Notes: a model not told the origin generated them from the sequence alone. Shown: positions 23,554-34,010, counted from the first letter of the stretch. The stretch: 64,000 nucleotides of DNA from an uncultured delta proteobacterium (GCA_963708295.1 CAVPSJ010000013.1:64001-128000), one strand, 5' to 3'. Program-made: numbers and translations.

Positions 23554-24265
23554 ATGGAATCTGAGAAAAAAACATTGGTGGTCATTCCCGCGTTTAATGA
23601 AGAAGCTTCTATAAAGAGGGTGATCGAGGGGGTGAGGAGCACTCTTCCACAATCGACGATCCTTGTCGTGAATGATGGGTCCAAGGATCTCACATCAAAA
23701 AAGGCCAGAGGCTATGAGGCAACTGTTCTGGATCTCCCCTTCAACCTCGGAATCGGTGGAGCCATGCAAGCCGGATATAAATATGCCAATGAGAAAGGTT
23801 ACGACATCGCGATTCAGGTGGATGCAGATGGACAGCACGATCCAAGAGAAATACCAAAGCTTCTTCACGCATTAAGTGAGAAAAAGGTGGATATGGTGAT
23901 TGGTTCACGTTTCCTCGGCGATTCGGAATTTAAGTCATCCCTGATGAGGAGGATAGGAATTTCCATCTTCTCCCGGGTGATTTCAACGATTGCCAAGCAG
24001 AAGATTACAGACCCCACCTCCGGATTTAGAGCGGCGAATCGAAAGGCGATTCAATTATTTGCCTCGAATTATCCGCAGGATTATCCGGAGCCGGAAGCCG
24101 TGGTCTTACTCCATCAATGTCGTCTTAAGATGGGAGAAGTCCCGGTTGGGATGAGTCAGAGATATTCCGGGGAGTCTTCGATCACGAAGATCAGGTCTGT
24201 CTATTATGTGGTAAAGGTTCTGCTGGCGATTATTGTAGATTGTTTTAAAAAGCCGCCTTTTTTAG
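23554..24265 (+). CDS. GT2 polyprenol-phosphate glycosyltransferase (DPM1-like)
   Basis: VVIPAFNEE, VVNDGSKD, NLGIGGAMQAG, VDADGQHD, TDPTSGFRA; ORF track runs on into the next gene, probably through a T-run indel before TAG 24263-24265. Confidence 0.82.
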
Positions 24266-24279
24266 AGGGAGGAGGAGCG

Positions 24280-24660
24280 ATGTTGATCAAGGTTCAGATC
24301 GTTGTCGGATTGCTCAGTATTTTTCTGCTCTGGACTACCTTTGAACTGGTCCGGAAGAATCGGTTACGGGAGGAGTATGCGATCCTCTGGCTTTTTACGG
24401 GGATCGTGGTTTTAGTCTTGAGTCTATGGCCTGAGTTTCTTCTCTCGCAGTTTTTTGCAAGAATTACTGGCATTTTCTATTTGTCTGCAGTCGTAGTTAT
24501 CGCCTTTCTCTTCCTTCTCCTCATCGTCCTCCATTTCTCAGTGGTGATTTCTAGGTTAACTAATCAAAATAAAGAACTGGCCCAACGCCATGCCCTTCTT
24601 GAATTGGAGTTCAAAGAGCTCAGAAGGCATTACCTCCCACTGGATAAGCCTTCTTCATGA
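24280..24660 (+). CDS. DUF2304-like small membrane protein
   Basis: SD ggagga before ATG 24280; VRKNRLREEYAILW, three hydrophobic segments, KELAQ coiled tail; usual neighbour of DPM1-like GT2. Confidence 0.75.
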   Translation: MLIKVQIVVGLLSIFLLWTTFELVRKNRLREEYAILWLFTGIVVLVLSLWPEFLLSQFFARITGIFYLSAVVVIAFLFLLLIVLHFSVVISRLTNQNKELAQRHALLELEFKELRRHYLPLDKPSS

Positions 24661-24735
24661 AAGGATGGAGTCTTTACAACAATCAAAAACAGGAAGAAAG
24701 ATCTCATTCCGTTTAGCTCTATGGCCTTTTTGATA

Positions 24736-24830
24736 CTTCGACGGCGCCAAACCCCATCCTTTGGGACGGGGTCAAAAGCGCCGCTCAGTATCAACCCAAA
24801 CGCCTGGCTTTAGACCGGGGAAAGTCGAAG
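24736..24830. repeat. REP-like composite palindrome (CTTCGAC...GTCGAAG)
   Basis: cttcgac 24736 / gtcgaag 24824 enclosing cggcg/cgccg and acccc/ggggt stems. Confidence 0.5.
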
Positions 24831-25317
24831 GGCTGATTTTTCTACGGTCGTGTGTGTTGGTTACTTCGCCATCCCACACCATTTCAGAAGAGGGGACACC
24901 GCGTGGAAAGGCTTTCAGCCGAGCCCACTTTTGTGAGATAGATGGTCTGTGATGGAATGATCTTGGGGATTCTCCTATTGAGGCAATTTAATTCAGAACG
25001 ATTTATTTCTTTTCAATTTTAACCGAGAGAACAGTTAGGCGTTGAGGTCGTGTGCACCCAGGCGGCCTTTGATAAGGCCTTTGAAAAAAAATCCATCCTG
25101 CTTTATCAAAAAGATGACACCCATTGGAATGCAACTGCGGTTAGAATTGCTGTAGATTGGCTTACAAAAGTGATTCAGAACAAAGATGAAGCTGTCCCCC
25201 ATTCTTAAAAAGACTCGTAGATGGAGGCCGAGACACCCATTGGGACGGAGATGGCGTCCGATGGATGGCGGATTTGATTGTGAAGGCCATTGAGGAGAGG
25301 GAATAACCGTTATTCCG

Positions 25318-25612
25318 CTGCGGAATGATTCCGCCGGCCACGGGTCTTCCATCCTTTCCTAATACAAACCTTCCCATCTCAGGGATTTCATTAAGAAGAT
25401 CTACCACCGTCTTTCCATCAAGCTGAATCAGGACGTCTGCCACCTCTGCGTTCTGGATGGATAAAGCATCTTCCTCCGTTAATTTGATAGAGGTAGGGTC
25501 AAATTTCTCATAAATCTTTTCAATTCAGCAAGGGATCTCCTACGTCACGCATTTGAAAAGAAGCGGGTCTCCCTTCTGATGGACGGCCTGCCTCCTCCAA
25601 AAGATGTTTTCC
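25318..25612 (-). pseudogene. Remnant of CysN/EF-1alpha-like GTPase C-terminal domain
   Basis: Minus frame reads NIFW...GDPLLFKCVT*EIPC*IEKIYEKFDPTSI...NAEVADVLIQLD..VVD..NEIPEMGRFVLGKDGRPVAGGII, with in-frame stops at 25540-42 and 25525-27. Confidence 0.65.
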
Positions 25613-25676
25613 CTTGATAAAGGGAAATGGTTTTGTTAAAAAAAGAGTTAAAAAAGAAGGGATGGAGAGAAAGAAG

Positions 25677-26624
25677 ATGTCAAAGGTATTAGTCACCGGA
25701 GGTGCGGGGTTTATCGGGTCAAACCTGACGGAGGCCGTGCTCCAGAGAGGCCATTCCGTTCGAGTTCTAGACGATTTTTCGACGGGCAAAAGAGAGAACC
25801 TGATTTTTGAGAAAGCCTATCCTTCTCTCGAGATCATCGAAGGAGACCTCCGGGACCTCAGCTCCTGCCGGAAGGCGGTCCAAGGAATGGAATATGTATT
25901 CCATCAAGGTGCCCTGCCGTCGGTTCAACGTTCCGTCGAGGATCCGGAAACCTCCCATGCAGTCAATGTGGGAGGGACCTTGAATATCCTCCTTGCCGCC
26001 AGGGAAAAAGGGGTGAAAAGAGTCATGTATGCCGCCTCTTCCTCCGTCTACGGAGATACCCCCACGTTGCCGAAGCATGAAGAAATGCCCCCCAATCCTC
26101 TCTCACCCTATGCCCTACAAAAATATATTGGCGAGCAATATTGCCGGCTTTTTTACCAACTCTACGGCCTCGAAACCGTTTCTCTCAGGTATTTCAATAT
26201 CTTTGGCCCAAAACAGGATCCGAACTCGCTTTACTCTGCCGTCATCCCCAAATTCATCGATGCCCTGCTTCAGGGGAGTCCCCCGACCATTTACGGAGAC
26301 GGAGAGCAGTCTCGAGATTTTACATTTATTGAAAATGTGGTCCAGGCCAATCTTCTCGCCATGTCTGCGGCCCGCCTCCACGGAGAAGCCATTAATATTG
26401 CCTGTGGAAAAAGAATCTCGCTGAACCAATTATTGAGTGTCCTGAAAGAGATCCTTGGATCGAAGCAATCCCCGCGTTATCAAGAGATGCGGAAAGGAGA
26501 CGTAAAGCACTCTCTGGCAGATATCCGCAGGGGGAAGGAAATTATAAATTATGAACCAACCGTGGGGATTGAGGCCGGATTGAGAAAGACGGTCGATTTT
26601 TTCAAGGGCCAGAAGAAATCTTGA
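25677..26624 (+). CDS. Extended SDR UDP-hexose/HexNAc 4-epimerase (WbpP/TviC-like)
   Basis: VLVTGGAGFIGS, HQGALPSVQRS, ASSSVYG, SPYALQK, LRYFNIFGPKQDP. Confidence 0.88.
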   Translation: MSKVLVTGGAGFIGSNLTEAVLQRGHSVRVLDDFSTGKRENLIFEKAYPSLEIIEGDLRDLSSCRKAVQGMEYVFHQGALPSVQRSVEDPETSHAVNVGGTLNILLAAREKGVKRVMYAASSSVYGDTPTLPKHEEMPPNPLSPYALQKYIGEQYCRLFYQLYGLETVSLRYFNIFGPKQDPNSLYSAVIPKFIDALLQGSPPTIYGDGEQSRDFTFIENVVQANLLAMSAARLHGEAINIACGKRISLNQLLSVLKEILGSKQSPRYQEMRKGDVKHSLADIRRGKEIINYEPTVGIEAGLRKTVDFFKGQKKS

Positions 26625-26637
26625 AGGAATAGAACAA

Positions 26638-27648
26638 ATGATCAGGATGAAAGAACGAAAAAAACTGGAATCGATATTGAAAAGTTTTCCTAGAGTCAAA
26701 CTCTTGGTGGTCGGCGACATTATGATGGATCGTTCCATCCTGGGCAAGGTGTCTCGGATATCGCCGGAAGCCCCTGTTCCGGTCATCATTGCAGAGACAG
26801 AGGATTTCAATCTCGGAGGGGCTGCCAATGTCGCTCATAATATTCGCTCCCTCGGGGGAACCGTGTCGCTCTGCGGAATTATCGGGGATGACGAAAACGG
26901 GCGAAAGCTATATCGAAGGATCGTTGAAAGGGGAATCCAAGGGCAGGGGATATTTTTCGAGCAAGGGAGACAGACGACGGTCAAGACAAGAATTATTGCT
27001 CACCACCCTCATTATCAGCAGTTGGTTCGGGTCGATCGGGAGACGACCGACCGTCCCAAGGGGGCGACTTTCAGAAATCTATCAAGGTTTCTGACGGAAA
27101 AAATGGAGGAATTCGACGGGATCGTTATTTCCGATTACGGGAAAGGTTTATTGACGAGAAAACTCATTCAAACCGTGATTAAGAAAGCGAAGAAGTCGAA
27201 GAAGTTGATCATGGTTGACCCCAAATTGAAGAATTTCTTCGCTTATAAGGGAATTACCGTCATTACGCCAAATACCAATGAAGCCAGCGAAGCATCCAGA
27301 ATCCCTGTCACCGATCAATTCTCCGTCGATAAAATGGGAAGGACTCTGTTGAGGAGGTTGAAATGCAGTGCCTTGGTCATCACCCAGGGAGAAAAGGGGA
27401 TGACCATTTTTGAGCCCAATCAGAAACCCTATCGTGTCCCCACGGTCGCGAAAGAGGTTTACGATGTGACGGGTGCGGGAGACACAGTGATCGGAACGAT
27501 GGCCCTTGCCCTAGGAACAGGACCCGCAGTAAGCTATAAAGATGCAGCAAGCTTAGCGAACTATGCAGCGGGGATTGTGGTCGGAAAGGTGGGAACCGCG
27601 ATTGTAAACAAAGAAGAATTGTTGAACGTGATCCAGGAGAAAAACTGA
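26638..27648 (+). CDS. rfaE1: D-glycero-beta-D-manno-heptose-7-phosphate kinase (stand-alone HldE domain I)
   Basis: VVGDIMMD, RISPEAPVPV, GGAANVA, SDYGKG, TPNTNEA, DVTGAGDTV. Confidence 0.9.
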   Translation: MIRMKERKKLESILKSFPRVKLLVVGDIMMDRSILGKVSRISPEAPVPVIIAETEDFNLGGAANVAHNIRSLGGTVSLCGIIGDDENGRKLYRRIVERGIQGQGIFFEQGRQTTVKTRIIAHHPHYQQLVRVDRETTDRPKGATFRNLSRFLTEKMEEFDGIVISDYGKGLLTRKLIQTVIKKAKKSKKLIMVDPKLKNFFAYKGITVITPNTNEASEASRIPVTDQFSVDKMGRTLLRRLKCSALVITQGEKGMTIFEPNQKPYRVPTVAKEVYDVTGAGDTVIGTMALALGTGPAVSYKDAASLANYAAGIVVGKVGTAIVNKEELLNVIQEKN

Positions 27649-27671
27649 GCCTTGGTGGCTCCGGGTTTTTC
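27647..27671 (+). terminator. Possible intrinsic terminator
   Basis: gagcc-ttggt-ggctc stem followed by cgggtttttt. Confidence 0.35.
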
Positions 27672-27803
27672 TTACCATCCGCCGGAGAAAAGCGACTGAA
27701 AACAGAAAGACCCTGCCTCAGCACCGAGGATAGGGTCTTTCATTTTTGTCCCTTTTGGTCGCGGCCGAGCCTGCCTGCCGACAGGCTGGTTTGTCAATAA
27801 AAG

Positions 27804-27855
27804 TGACCGGCAAGTGCCCCGCAGGCCCTGCCTTGTAGGCGGGGTTAAGGGGCAC
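27804..27855. repeat. TGACCGG..GTGCCCC...AAGGGGCAC palindromic element, copy 1
   Basis: gtgcccc/ggggcac stem; related copy at 38817-38868; a cctgcctgccgacaggctgg palindrome lies just upstream (about 27770). Confidence 0.6.
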
Positions 27856-27910
27856 AATCAAAAAGATATTTCTTTTCCGGGAAGCCCCGGCCTGTGGCCG
27901 AGGAGCTTCA

Positions 27911-28123
27911 TTATGTTTCGAGAACGAAAATGATTTCCAACCTCACCCTGTATTCAATGATCTTTGAGTTTTCCACTGCCACCCGCATTTCAGCAACACG
28001 CATTCCGGTGATACCTCTTAAGGTTTTTGTCGCTCTTGCGAAGCCAACCTTGATGGCATCCTCAAAATTCTTTGAGGACCCTGCGATGATTTCAGTCACC
28101 CTCGCGATCCTTGGTTCTCCCAT
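27911..28123 (-). CDS. Dodecin family protein
   Basis: IARVTEIIAGSSKNFEDAI..G..RATKTLRGI...IIEYRVRLEIIFVLE; SD aggaggt upstream of the ATG. Confidence 0.88.
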   Translation of the reverse strand: MGEPRIARVTEIIAGSSKNFEDAIKVGFARATKTLRGITGMRVAEMRVAVENSKIIEYRVRLEIIFVLET

Positions 28124-28163
28124 GCCGATCACCTCCTTTTGTTAAAATGGGTGTCAATACCGA

Positions 28164-28193
28164 AGTCTATACAGAAAACCTGAAGGATGTCAA
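28164..28193 (-). promoter_or_regulatory. Sigma70-type promoter for dodecin
   Basis: Minus strand TTGACA-N18-TAGACT. Confidence 0.5.
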
Positions 28194-28258
28194 TGAGAAA
28201 AATTGCCCACCTTGAGTTTATTTTTCTACGAATAGTTGTCGACACCAGGAGGCGAGTT

Positions 28259-28470
28259 ATGAAGCTCCCCGCCGCAGGATGGCGCTCCTACCCGGGGGCA
28301 ACGTACTATGATTTGTAGGGTGCCCCTTGGCTCCGACCCGAGCTTTTAAGGTGCGAGCGAGATCGGATGTTGCGGAGAACCTCATCGGTATCAAAGACCA
28401 AAGCTTGATAAGGGTCCGGGACTCAATCCCTAAGGGTTTACCCTGGTCGTGGATAAGGAAAAACTGGAGG
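28259..28470 (+). other. GC-rich multi-hairpin non-coding segment (candidate structured RNA or mobile-element end)
   Basis: No ORF in the track; stems ggggca/tgcccc, tccga/tcgga, tatcaa/ttgata, ggga/tccc; ends in an orphan ggagg. Confidence 0.35.
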
Positions 28471-28499
28471 TGTGTAAGAGAAAATTGTTGAGAAAGATA

Positions 28500-28529
28500 T
28501 TGATAAATTTTAAGATTGTGTTATAAAAT
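28500..28529 (+). promoter_or_regulatory. Putative sigma70 promoter for xerC-hslVU
   Basis: TTGATA followed after 16-18 nt by TATAAA/TAAAAT in an AT-rich tract. Confidence 0.45.
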
Positions 28530-28590
28530 GAAATTTCAATAATATTTAATAACTTACACGTTGTCTGAAGAATGATAGATGAGGGAATGA

Positions 28591-29571
28591 ATGGTTTCTC
28601 GGTCTTTTGAGAAGCTCGGCCTCATTCAGCAGTTTATCCGTTATCTTTCTTTAGAGAAGAATGCTTCTCCTCATACCTGCCGGTGCTATAGGAAGGATTT
28701 GGAGGGGTTTGAGGATTTCTTAAGGAGTTCAGGGATGTATCTCAACCCTGCGGGAGATGTTGAGATAGAAAAAGTGGATCGGATGGCGATTCGAAAATAC
28801 ATGAGCTTCCTTCACCGGAAGAATAAGAAGAGTTCTATTGCCAGGAAGATTTCAACGCTGCGGTCTTTTTTTAGATATTTGATCCGAGAGCAGGTGATTC
28901 CTTCTAACCCGGCCAAGAGTGTTTCATCTCCGAAGGTGGAAAAGGCCCTTCCCACCGCTCTGACGGTCGATGAGGCCTTCCGGCTGATGGAATCACCCAA
29001 GAATATTCCCGAGAAGTCTTCAGAAGTGTCAAAGGAGGGTCGCTCAAGAGATCGAGCCATTCTGGAACTTCTTTATTCAAGCGGATTACGGGTGAGTGAA
29101 TTGGTCGGGCTGAATTTGGACCAGTTGAACCCAGATTTGGGCATTGTGAGAGTGATGGGAAAGGGGAGGAAGGAGCGCATTGTTCCTGTTGGGGGGAAGG
29201 CGCTGGAGGCACTGAAGGTTTATTTGGAAGAAAGAGGTGGATCGAGGGGAGAAGACCCCATTTTTAGGAACTCCTTGGGTGGAAGGTTAACGACACGTTC
29301 CGTGGGAAGGTTGATTAAGAAGTACACGAGGCATTCTGGCATTTCCCGGAGAGTCAGCCCCCATAGTCTCCGGCACACGTTTGCAACGCATCTCTTGGAT
29401 GCGGGAGCGGATATTCGAGAGATTCAAGAGATGTTAGGGCACTCGAGTCTCTCGACGACCCAAAGATACACCCACGTAAGCGTGGGAAGATTGATGGAGG
29501 TCTACGACAAAGCTCATCCCCGCAGTTTCAAAAACCAACACCGGCAAGGTAAGGGGGGAGAGGGTGGATGA
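28591..29571 (+). CDS. xerC: Tyrosine recombinase XerC
   Basis: RDRAILELLYSSGLRVSEL, GKGRKER, HSLRHTFATHLL, LGHSSLSTTQRYTHV; upstream of hslVU. Confidence 0.9.
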   Translation: MVSRSFEKLGLIQQFIRYLSLEKNASPHTCRCYRKDLEGFEDFLRSSGMYLNPAGDVEIEKVDRMAIRKYMSFLHRKNKKSSIARKISTLRSFFRYLIREQVIPSNPAKSVSSPKVEKALPTALTVDEAFRLMESPKNIPEKSSEVSKEGRSRDRAILELLYSSGLRVSELVGLNLDQLNPDLGIVRVMGKGRKERIVPVGGKALEALKVYLEERGGSRGEDPIFRNSLGGRLTTRSVGRLIKKYTRHSGISRRVSPHSLRHTFATHLLDAGADIREIQEMLGHSSLSTTQRYTHVSVGRLMEVYDKAHPRSFKNQHRQGKGGEGG

Positions 29572-29766
29572 GCACCTTCTGGAATTGGGGTAGTCCAGAA
29601 AACAAGAACTTCATCTTACGGCAAGGGTTAAGATGCCCGTTTCGTCACTCGGTTACGTCTTTGGTCTTAAGAATTTCACGTAACCTTTCAACATTAGACC
29701 AAACAGGCTTCGTCGCCGTAACCTTAACCTAAAGAACAGATGATTTTCATGGTTCACGGAGAGAGT

Positions 29767-30303
29767 ATGATGCATCAGATGCATGCCACTACGGTTTTGG
29801 GAGTTCGGCACAAGGGGAAGGTGGTCATGGCGGGAGATGGCCAGGTGTCTCTTGAACATACCATCATGAAACATACCGCCCGGAAGGTTCGAAGGATTTA
29901 CCATGATAAGGTTCTGGCCGGTTTTGCGGGGGCCACGGCGGATGCCTTCACTCTTTTTGCAAAGTTTGAAGAAAAATTGGATCAATTCAGCGGGAATCTA
30001 CTCAGGGCAGCCGTCGAGTTGGCCAAGGATTGGAGGACCGACCGGATCCTCCGGAGGCTGGAAGCTTTGCTCATCGTCGCTGACTTTGAGCACACGCTCG
30101 TGATCTCTGGAAATGGAGATGTCATTGAACCCGACGATGGGGTGACCGCCATTGGAAGTGGTGGGCCTTATGCCCATGCGGCTGCCAAGGCACTGACGGA
30201 ATTTTCAAACCTTGACGCCAAGGCCATTGCGGTAGAGGCGATGAAGATTGCCGCCTCCATCTGCATTTATACCAACGATCAAATTATCGTAGAGGAATTG
30301 TGA
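29767..30303 (+). CDS. hslV: ATP-dependent protease peptidase subunit
   Basis: [34 protein letters not shown]. Confidence 0.96.
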   Translation: MMHQMHATTVLGVRHKGKVVMAGDGQVSLEHTIMKHTARKVRRIYHDKVLAGFAGATADAFTLFAKFEEKLDQFSGNLLRAAVELAKDWRTDRILRRLEALLIVADFEHTLVISGNGDVIEPDDGVTAIGSGGPYAHAAAKALTEFSNLDAKAIAVEAMKIAASICIYTNDQIIVEEL

Positions 30304-31631
30304 TGAAGACCTTCACTCCCCGCGAGATTGTTTCTGAACTGGATAAGTACATTGTCGGCCAAAGGGATGCGAAGCGGGCGGTTGCGATTGCATTGAGAAA
30401 CCGTTGGAGACGTCAACAGGTTCCCGAACCTCTTCGGGATGAAATTGCCCCCAAGAACATCATCATGATTGGTCCCACAGGGGTGGGCAAGACGGAAATC
30501 GCTCGAAGGCTGGCGAAATTGGCCCAAGCTCCTTTCCTGAAGATTGAGGCCTCCAAATTTACGGAGGTCGGCTACGTCGGCAGGGATGTGGAGTCGATGA
30601 TCCGCGACCTCACAGAGCTGGCGGTCAATATGATGAAATCTGAGGAGTCACGTAAAGTCCAACAGAGAGCGGACGAGGTGGCTGAAGAGAGGCTCCTGGA
30701 TTTGCTCCTTCCCTCCCCGGGGAAAGGGGCGCCGAAGGAAGGCGAAGATCAGCGGCCCACCCGTGAAAAGCTTCGAAAGTTGCTGAAGGCCGGAAAATTG
30801 AATGATAAGTTTGTGGAAGTGGAGATTGTCGACCGAAACCTTCCCGTCGTGGAGATCTTTTCTGCTTCTGGATTGGAAGAAATGGATATCAACATTAAAG
30901 ACATGTTTGGAAGCCTCTTTCCGAAGAAGAAAAAGCAGAGAAAGGTCAAGGTCCCGGAGGCCCTCACGATTCTCTCCCAGGAAGAGGCGTATAAGCTGAT
31001 CGATATGGATTCGGTGATCAAACAAGCCGTTGAGCGGGTCGAACAATCAGGGATTATTTTTCTCGATGAAATCGACAAGATCGCCGGGAGAGAAAGCACG
31101 TTGGGTCCGGACGTGTCCCGGGAGGGCGTCCAAAGAGACATCCTCCCCATCGTGGAAGGGACCACCGTGACGACGAAATATGGGATGGTCAAGACAGACC
31201 ATATTCTATTTATCGCTGCCGGAGCCTTCCATGTTTCCAAGCCCTCGGATCTCATTCCTGAACTCCAAGGCCGTTTCCCGATCCGGGTGGAATTGGATTC
31301 TTTGGGGAAGACGGATCTCGTACGAATCCTCACCGAACCGGAAAACGCCTTGATCAAACAGTACAGCGCTCTGTTGGACACCGAGTCGGTCAAGGTGAAG
31401 TTTACGGAAAATGGTATCGCAGAGATCGCCGAAATGGCGGCTTTGATTAATGAAAGGACGGAGAACATTGGAGCCAGGCGGCTTTACACGATGATGGAGA
31501 AATTACTGGATGAGATTTCATTCGACGCCCCTGAGATGTCGGGAAAAGACATAGTGATCGATGTCCAGTATGTTCAAACGAAGCTAAGGGATTTCGTACA
31601 GGACGAAGACCTGAGCCGGTATATCTTATAA
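30303..31631 (+). CDS. hslU: ATP-dependent protease ATPase subunit
   Basis: [49 protein letters not shown]. Confidence 0.97.
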   Translation: MKTFTPREIVSELDKYIVGQRDAKRAVAIALRNRWRRQQVPEPLRDEIAPKNIIMIGPTGVGKTEIARRLAKLAQAPFLKIEASKFTEVGYVGRDVESMIRDLTELAVNMMKSEESRKVQQRADEVAEERLLDLLLPSPGKGAPKEGEDQRPTREKLRKLLKAGKLNDKFVEVEIVDRNLPVVEIFSASGLEEMDINIKDMFGSLFPKKKKQRKVKVPEALTILSQEEAYKLIDMDSVIKQAVERVEQSGIIFLDEIDKIAGRESTLGPDVSREGVQRDILPIVEGTTVTTKYGMVKTDHILFIAAGAFHVSKPSDLIPELQGRFPIRVELDSLGKTDLVRILTEPENALIKQYSALLDTESVKVKFTENGIAEIAEMAALINERTENIGARRLYTMMEKLLDEISFDAPEMSGKDIVIDVQYVQTKLRDFVQDEDLSRYIL

Positions 31632-31736
31632 TGAGTTCGGAGTCGTGGGTAGCTCAAAGCTTAATGTTGAAGGCCGGATCTTGCCTTGAGCCTTGAACTT
31701 TCAGCCTTCAGCAGAAATGACCCCGAACGCTGAACT
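31632..31736. repeat. Inverted heptamer-array hairpin (nested) between hslU and argB
   Basis: Outer tgagttc-ggagtc / gaccccgaacgctgaact; inner gctcaaa-gcttaat-gttgaag / cttgagc-cttgaac-tttcagc-cttcagc. Confidence 0.7.
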
Positions 31737-31755
31737 AAGGCGAGGAATCATCGCT

Positions 31756-32640
31756 ATGGAAAATCCCATTGACAAGGCCAAGGTGCTGGTGGAAGCCCTG
31801 CCTTATATTCGGCGATTCTACGGCAAGACCATCGTGATCAAATACGGGGGAAGCACGATGGAGGAAGAGAGGATGAAGCGGAGCTTTGCGCTCGACGTCG
31901 TCCTCTTGAAATATATCGGCCTCAACCCCGTGGTCGTCCACGGCGGAGGGCCTCAGATCGGTCAAATGCTGACCAAAATAGGAAAGAAATCCCAATTTGT
32001 GGAGGGGATGAGGGTTACGGATCGAGAAACGATGGACGTCGTAGAAATGGTTCTGGTCGGAAAGGTGAATAAGGAGATTGTTTCGCTGATTAACCAGCAG
32101 GGAGGGAAGGCCGTCGGACTGAGCGGAAAAGACGGACGTCTTATCACCGCCAAGAAGTTGAAATTAACGAAGAGCGGCGGTAAGGGTAAAAGGCCAGAAG
32201 TCATCGATATTGGGATGGTGGGGGAAGTAAAGACAATCAACCCGGGGGTGGTCGAAGCCCTGGAGAAAGAGAATTTCATCCCTGTCATTGCGCCCGTGGG
32301 TGTCGGGGAGGAGGGGGAGACGTATAATATCAACGCCGACCTGGTGGCTGGAAAGATTGCCGCTGCCTTGAAAGCAGAGAAGCTGATTTTGCTTACCGAT
32401 GTGGAAGGCGTGATGGATGGGAAACATCGGCTGATTCCTACGCTTGATGTTAAACAAGTCAAAAGGCTCATCTCCCAAAAAATCATCTCCTCCGGGATGA
32501 TCCCAAAGGTAAATTGCTGTCTGGGCGCGTTAGAAGGGGGGGTGGCGAAAACGCATATTATCGACGGAAGACTGGAACATGCCATCCTGTTAGAAATTTT
32601 TACCGACGTAGGGATTGGAACGCAGATCACGAAACAATAG
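31756..32640 (+). CDS. argB: Acetylglutamate kinase
   Basis: [37 protein letters not shown]. Confidence 0.96.
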   Translation: MENPIDKAKVLVEALPYIRRFYGKTIVIKYGGSTMEEERMKRSFALDVVLLKYIGLNPVVVHGGGPQIGQMLTKIGKKSQFVEGMRVTDRETMDVVEMVLVGKVNKEIVSLINQQGGKAVGLSGKDGRLITAKKLKLTKSGGKGKRPEVIDIGMVGEVKTINPGVVEALEKENFIPVIAPVGVGEEGETYNINADLVAGKIAAALKAEKLILLTDVEGVMDGKHRLIPTLDVKQVKRLISQKIISSGMIPKVNCCLGALEGGVAKTHIIDGRLEHAILLEIFTDVGIGTQITKQ

Positions 32641-32650
32641 AATAACAAAG

Positions 32651-32796
32651 TCGAAGCACGAAATCCCTGCCATCGCGCAGGCAGGCGAAATTCGAAACAA
32701 GCACGAATTTTTGAAATAAAAATTTCCAAAACGGAGAGTTTAAAGATTTGAACAGTTGAATTTGTTTCGGGATTCGATATTCGGATTTCGGATTTT
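32651..32796. repeat. Inverted heptamer-array hairpin between argB and argD with nested CCTGCC..GGCAGG palindrome
   Basis: cgaagca-cgaaatc-[cctgccatcgcgcaggcagg]-cgaaatt-cgaaaca / tgtttcg-ggattcg-atattcg-gatttcg. Confidence 0.8.
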
Positions 32797-32813
32797 TCTG
32801 TAAGGGAGTGACC

Positions 32814-34010
32814 ATGGATTCTCAAACCTTGATGATGTTATCTGAACAGGTTGTGGCCAATACCTATGCCCGCTATCCCGTTGTTCTTGTCAGAGGGAAG
32901 GGAACTCGGGTCTGGGATTTGGAAGGAGAAGAATACCTTGATTTTTTGTCAGGCCTGGCGGTCTGCAATTTAGGGCACTGCCATCCAAGAGTGGTCAAGA
33001 CCATTCAAGAACAAGCAGAGAAGTTGATTCATGTTTCAAACTTCTATTATATCGAACCGCAGATCCAACTCGCTTCGCTTCTATGTAAGCATTCCTTTGC
33101 GGATAAAGTCTTCTTCTGCAATAGCGGGGCCGAAGCCAACGAGGGAGCGATCAAATTGGCCCGGAAATATGCAAAAGAGAAGGTCGGGAAAGACCGGTAT
33201 GAAATCATCACCATGGAGCGTTCCTTTCACGGAAGAACTCTGGCGACCCTGACGGCAACGGGCCAAGAGAAGTTCCACAAAGGTTATGACCCTCTGATGC
33301 CCGGGTTTAGGTATGTTCCCTTCAACGACATCGGGGCAGTGAAACATGCCATCGGACCCGGAACGTGCGCTGTCATGGTGGAACCCATCCAGGGAGAGGG
33401 AGGGGTGAATTGCCCATCCGAAGGTTACCTGAAAGCCCTTCGGGAGATCTGTGACGAAAAGAAGCTCCTCCTCATCTTTGATGAAGTCCAGGTGGGAATG
33501 GGCCGGACCGGGAAGCTTTTCGCTTATGAGCACGAAAGGGTTGAACCGGATGTCCTTACGCTTGCAAAATCATTGGCAGGAGGAGTTCCTATCGGAGCTT
33601 TGTTGATCAAAAAGGGAGTTGCAGATAGTTTCAAGCCTGGGGATCATGCCTCCACCTTTGGGGGAAACCCCCTGGCCAGCGCAGCAGGTGTGGCCGCCTT
33701 GACGGCGATATTGGAAGAGGGGATGTTGGAAAATTGCCAAAAGATGGGAGACTACTTCTTCGCTGAGCTTGACAAGACGAAGAATAAGTTTCCTTTCATA
33801 AAAGAGGTTCGGGGGAAAGGTTTGATCTTGGGCATGGAACTGAAGATAGAGGGGGGGGCTATCGTTAAGGAGATGTTGAAGAAAAGAATTCTCATCAACT
33901 GCACAATGGGAAATGTTCTCCGGTTCCTCCCCCCTCTGATTGTCACCCAGGAAGAAGTCGACCGGGTCGTCACAGCATTGGAAGAAGTCTTAGAAGGGTT
34001 GAAGTTATGA
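32814..34010 (+). CDS. argD: Acetylornithine aminotransferase
   Basis: CNSGAEANE, FHGRT, EPIQGEGG, FDEVQ.G.GRTG, AKSLAGG, STFGGNP. Confidence 0.95.
   Translation: MDSQTLMMLSEQVVANTYARYPVVLVRGKGTRVWDLEGEEYLDFLSGLAVCNLGHCHPRVVKTIQEQAEKLIHVSNFYYIEPQIQLASLLCKHSFADKVFFCNSGAEANEGAIKLARKYAKEKVGKDRYEIITMERSFHGRTLATLTATGQEKFHKGYDPLMPGFRYVPFNDIGAVKHAIGPGTCAVMVEPIQGEGGVNCPSEGYLKALREICDEKKLLLIFDEVQVGMGRTGKLFAYEHERVEPDVLTLAKSLAGGVPIGALLIKKGVADSFKPGDHASTFGGNPLASAAGVAALTAILEEGMLENCQKMGDYFFAELDKTKNKFPFIKEVRGKGLILGMELKIEGGAIVKEMLKKRILINCTMGNVLRFLPPLIVTQEEVDRVVTALEEVLEGLKL

Noticed and set aside
23554-24660. Apparent GT2-DUF2304 fusion
   Set aside because: One fewer T in the run before 24263 yields a TAG stop, and a strong SD precedes ATG 24280; a real fusion is not excluded but less likely.
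25525-25542. In-frame TAG/TGA as pyrrolysine or selenocysteine recoding
   Set aside because: The fragment lacks a start and the GTPase domain; simple nonsense decay is sufficient.
28591-29571. Tyrosine recombinase as a prophage or island integrase
   Set aside because: Sequence and hslVU context fit housekeeping XerC; no att sites or phage genes seen.
30749-32825. Long antisense ORFs (239 aa, 287 aa) and similar shadow ORFs across the window
   Set aside because: Mirror frames of conserved genes with no motifs of their own.
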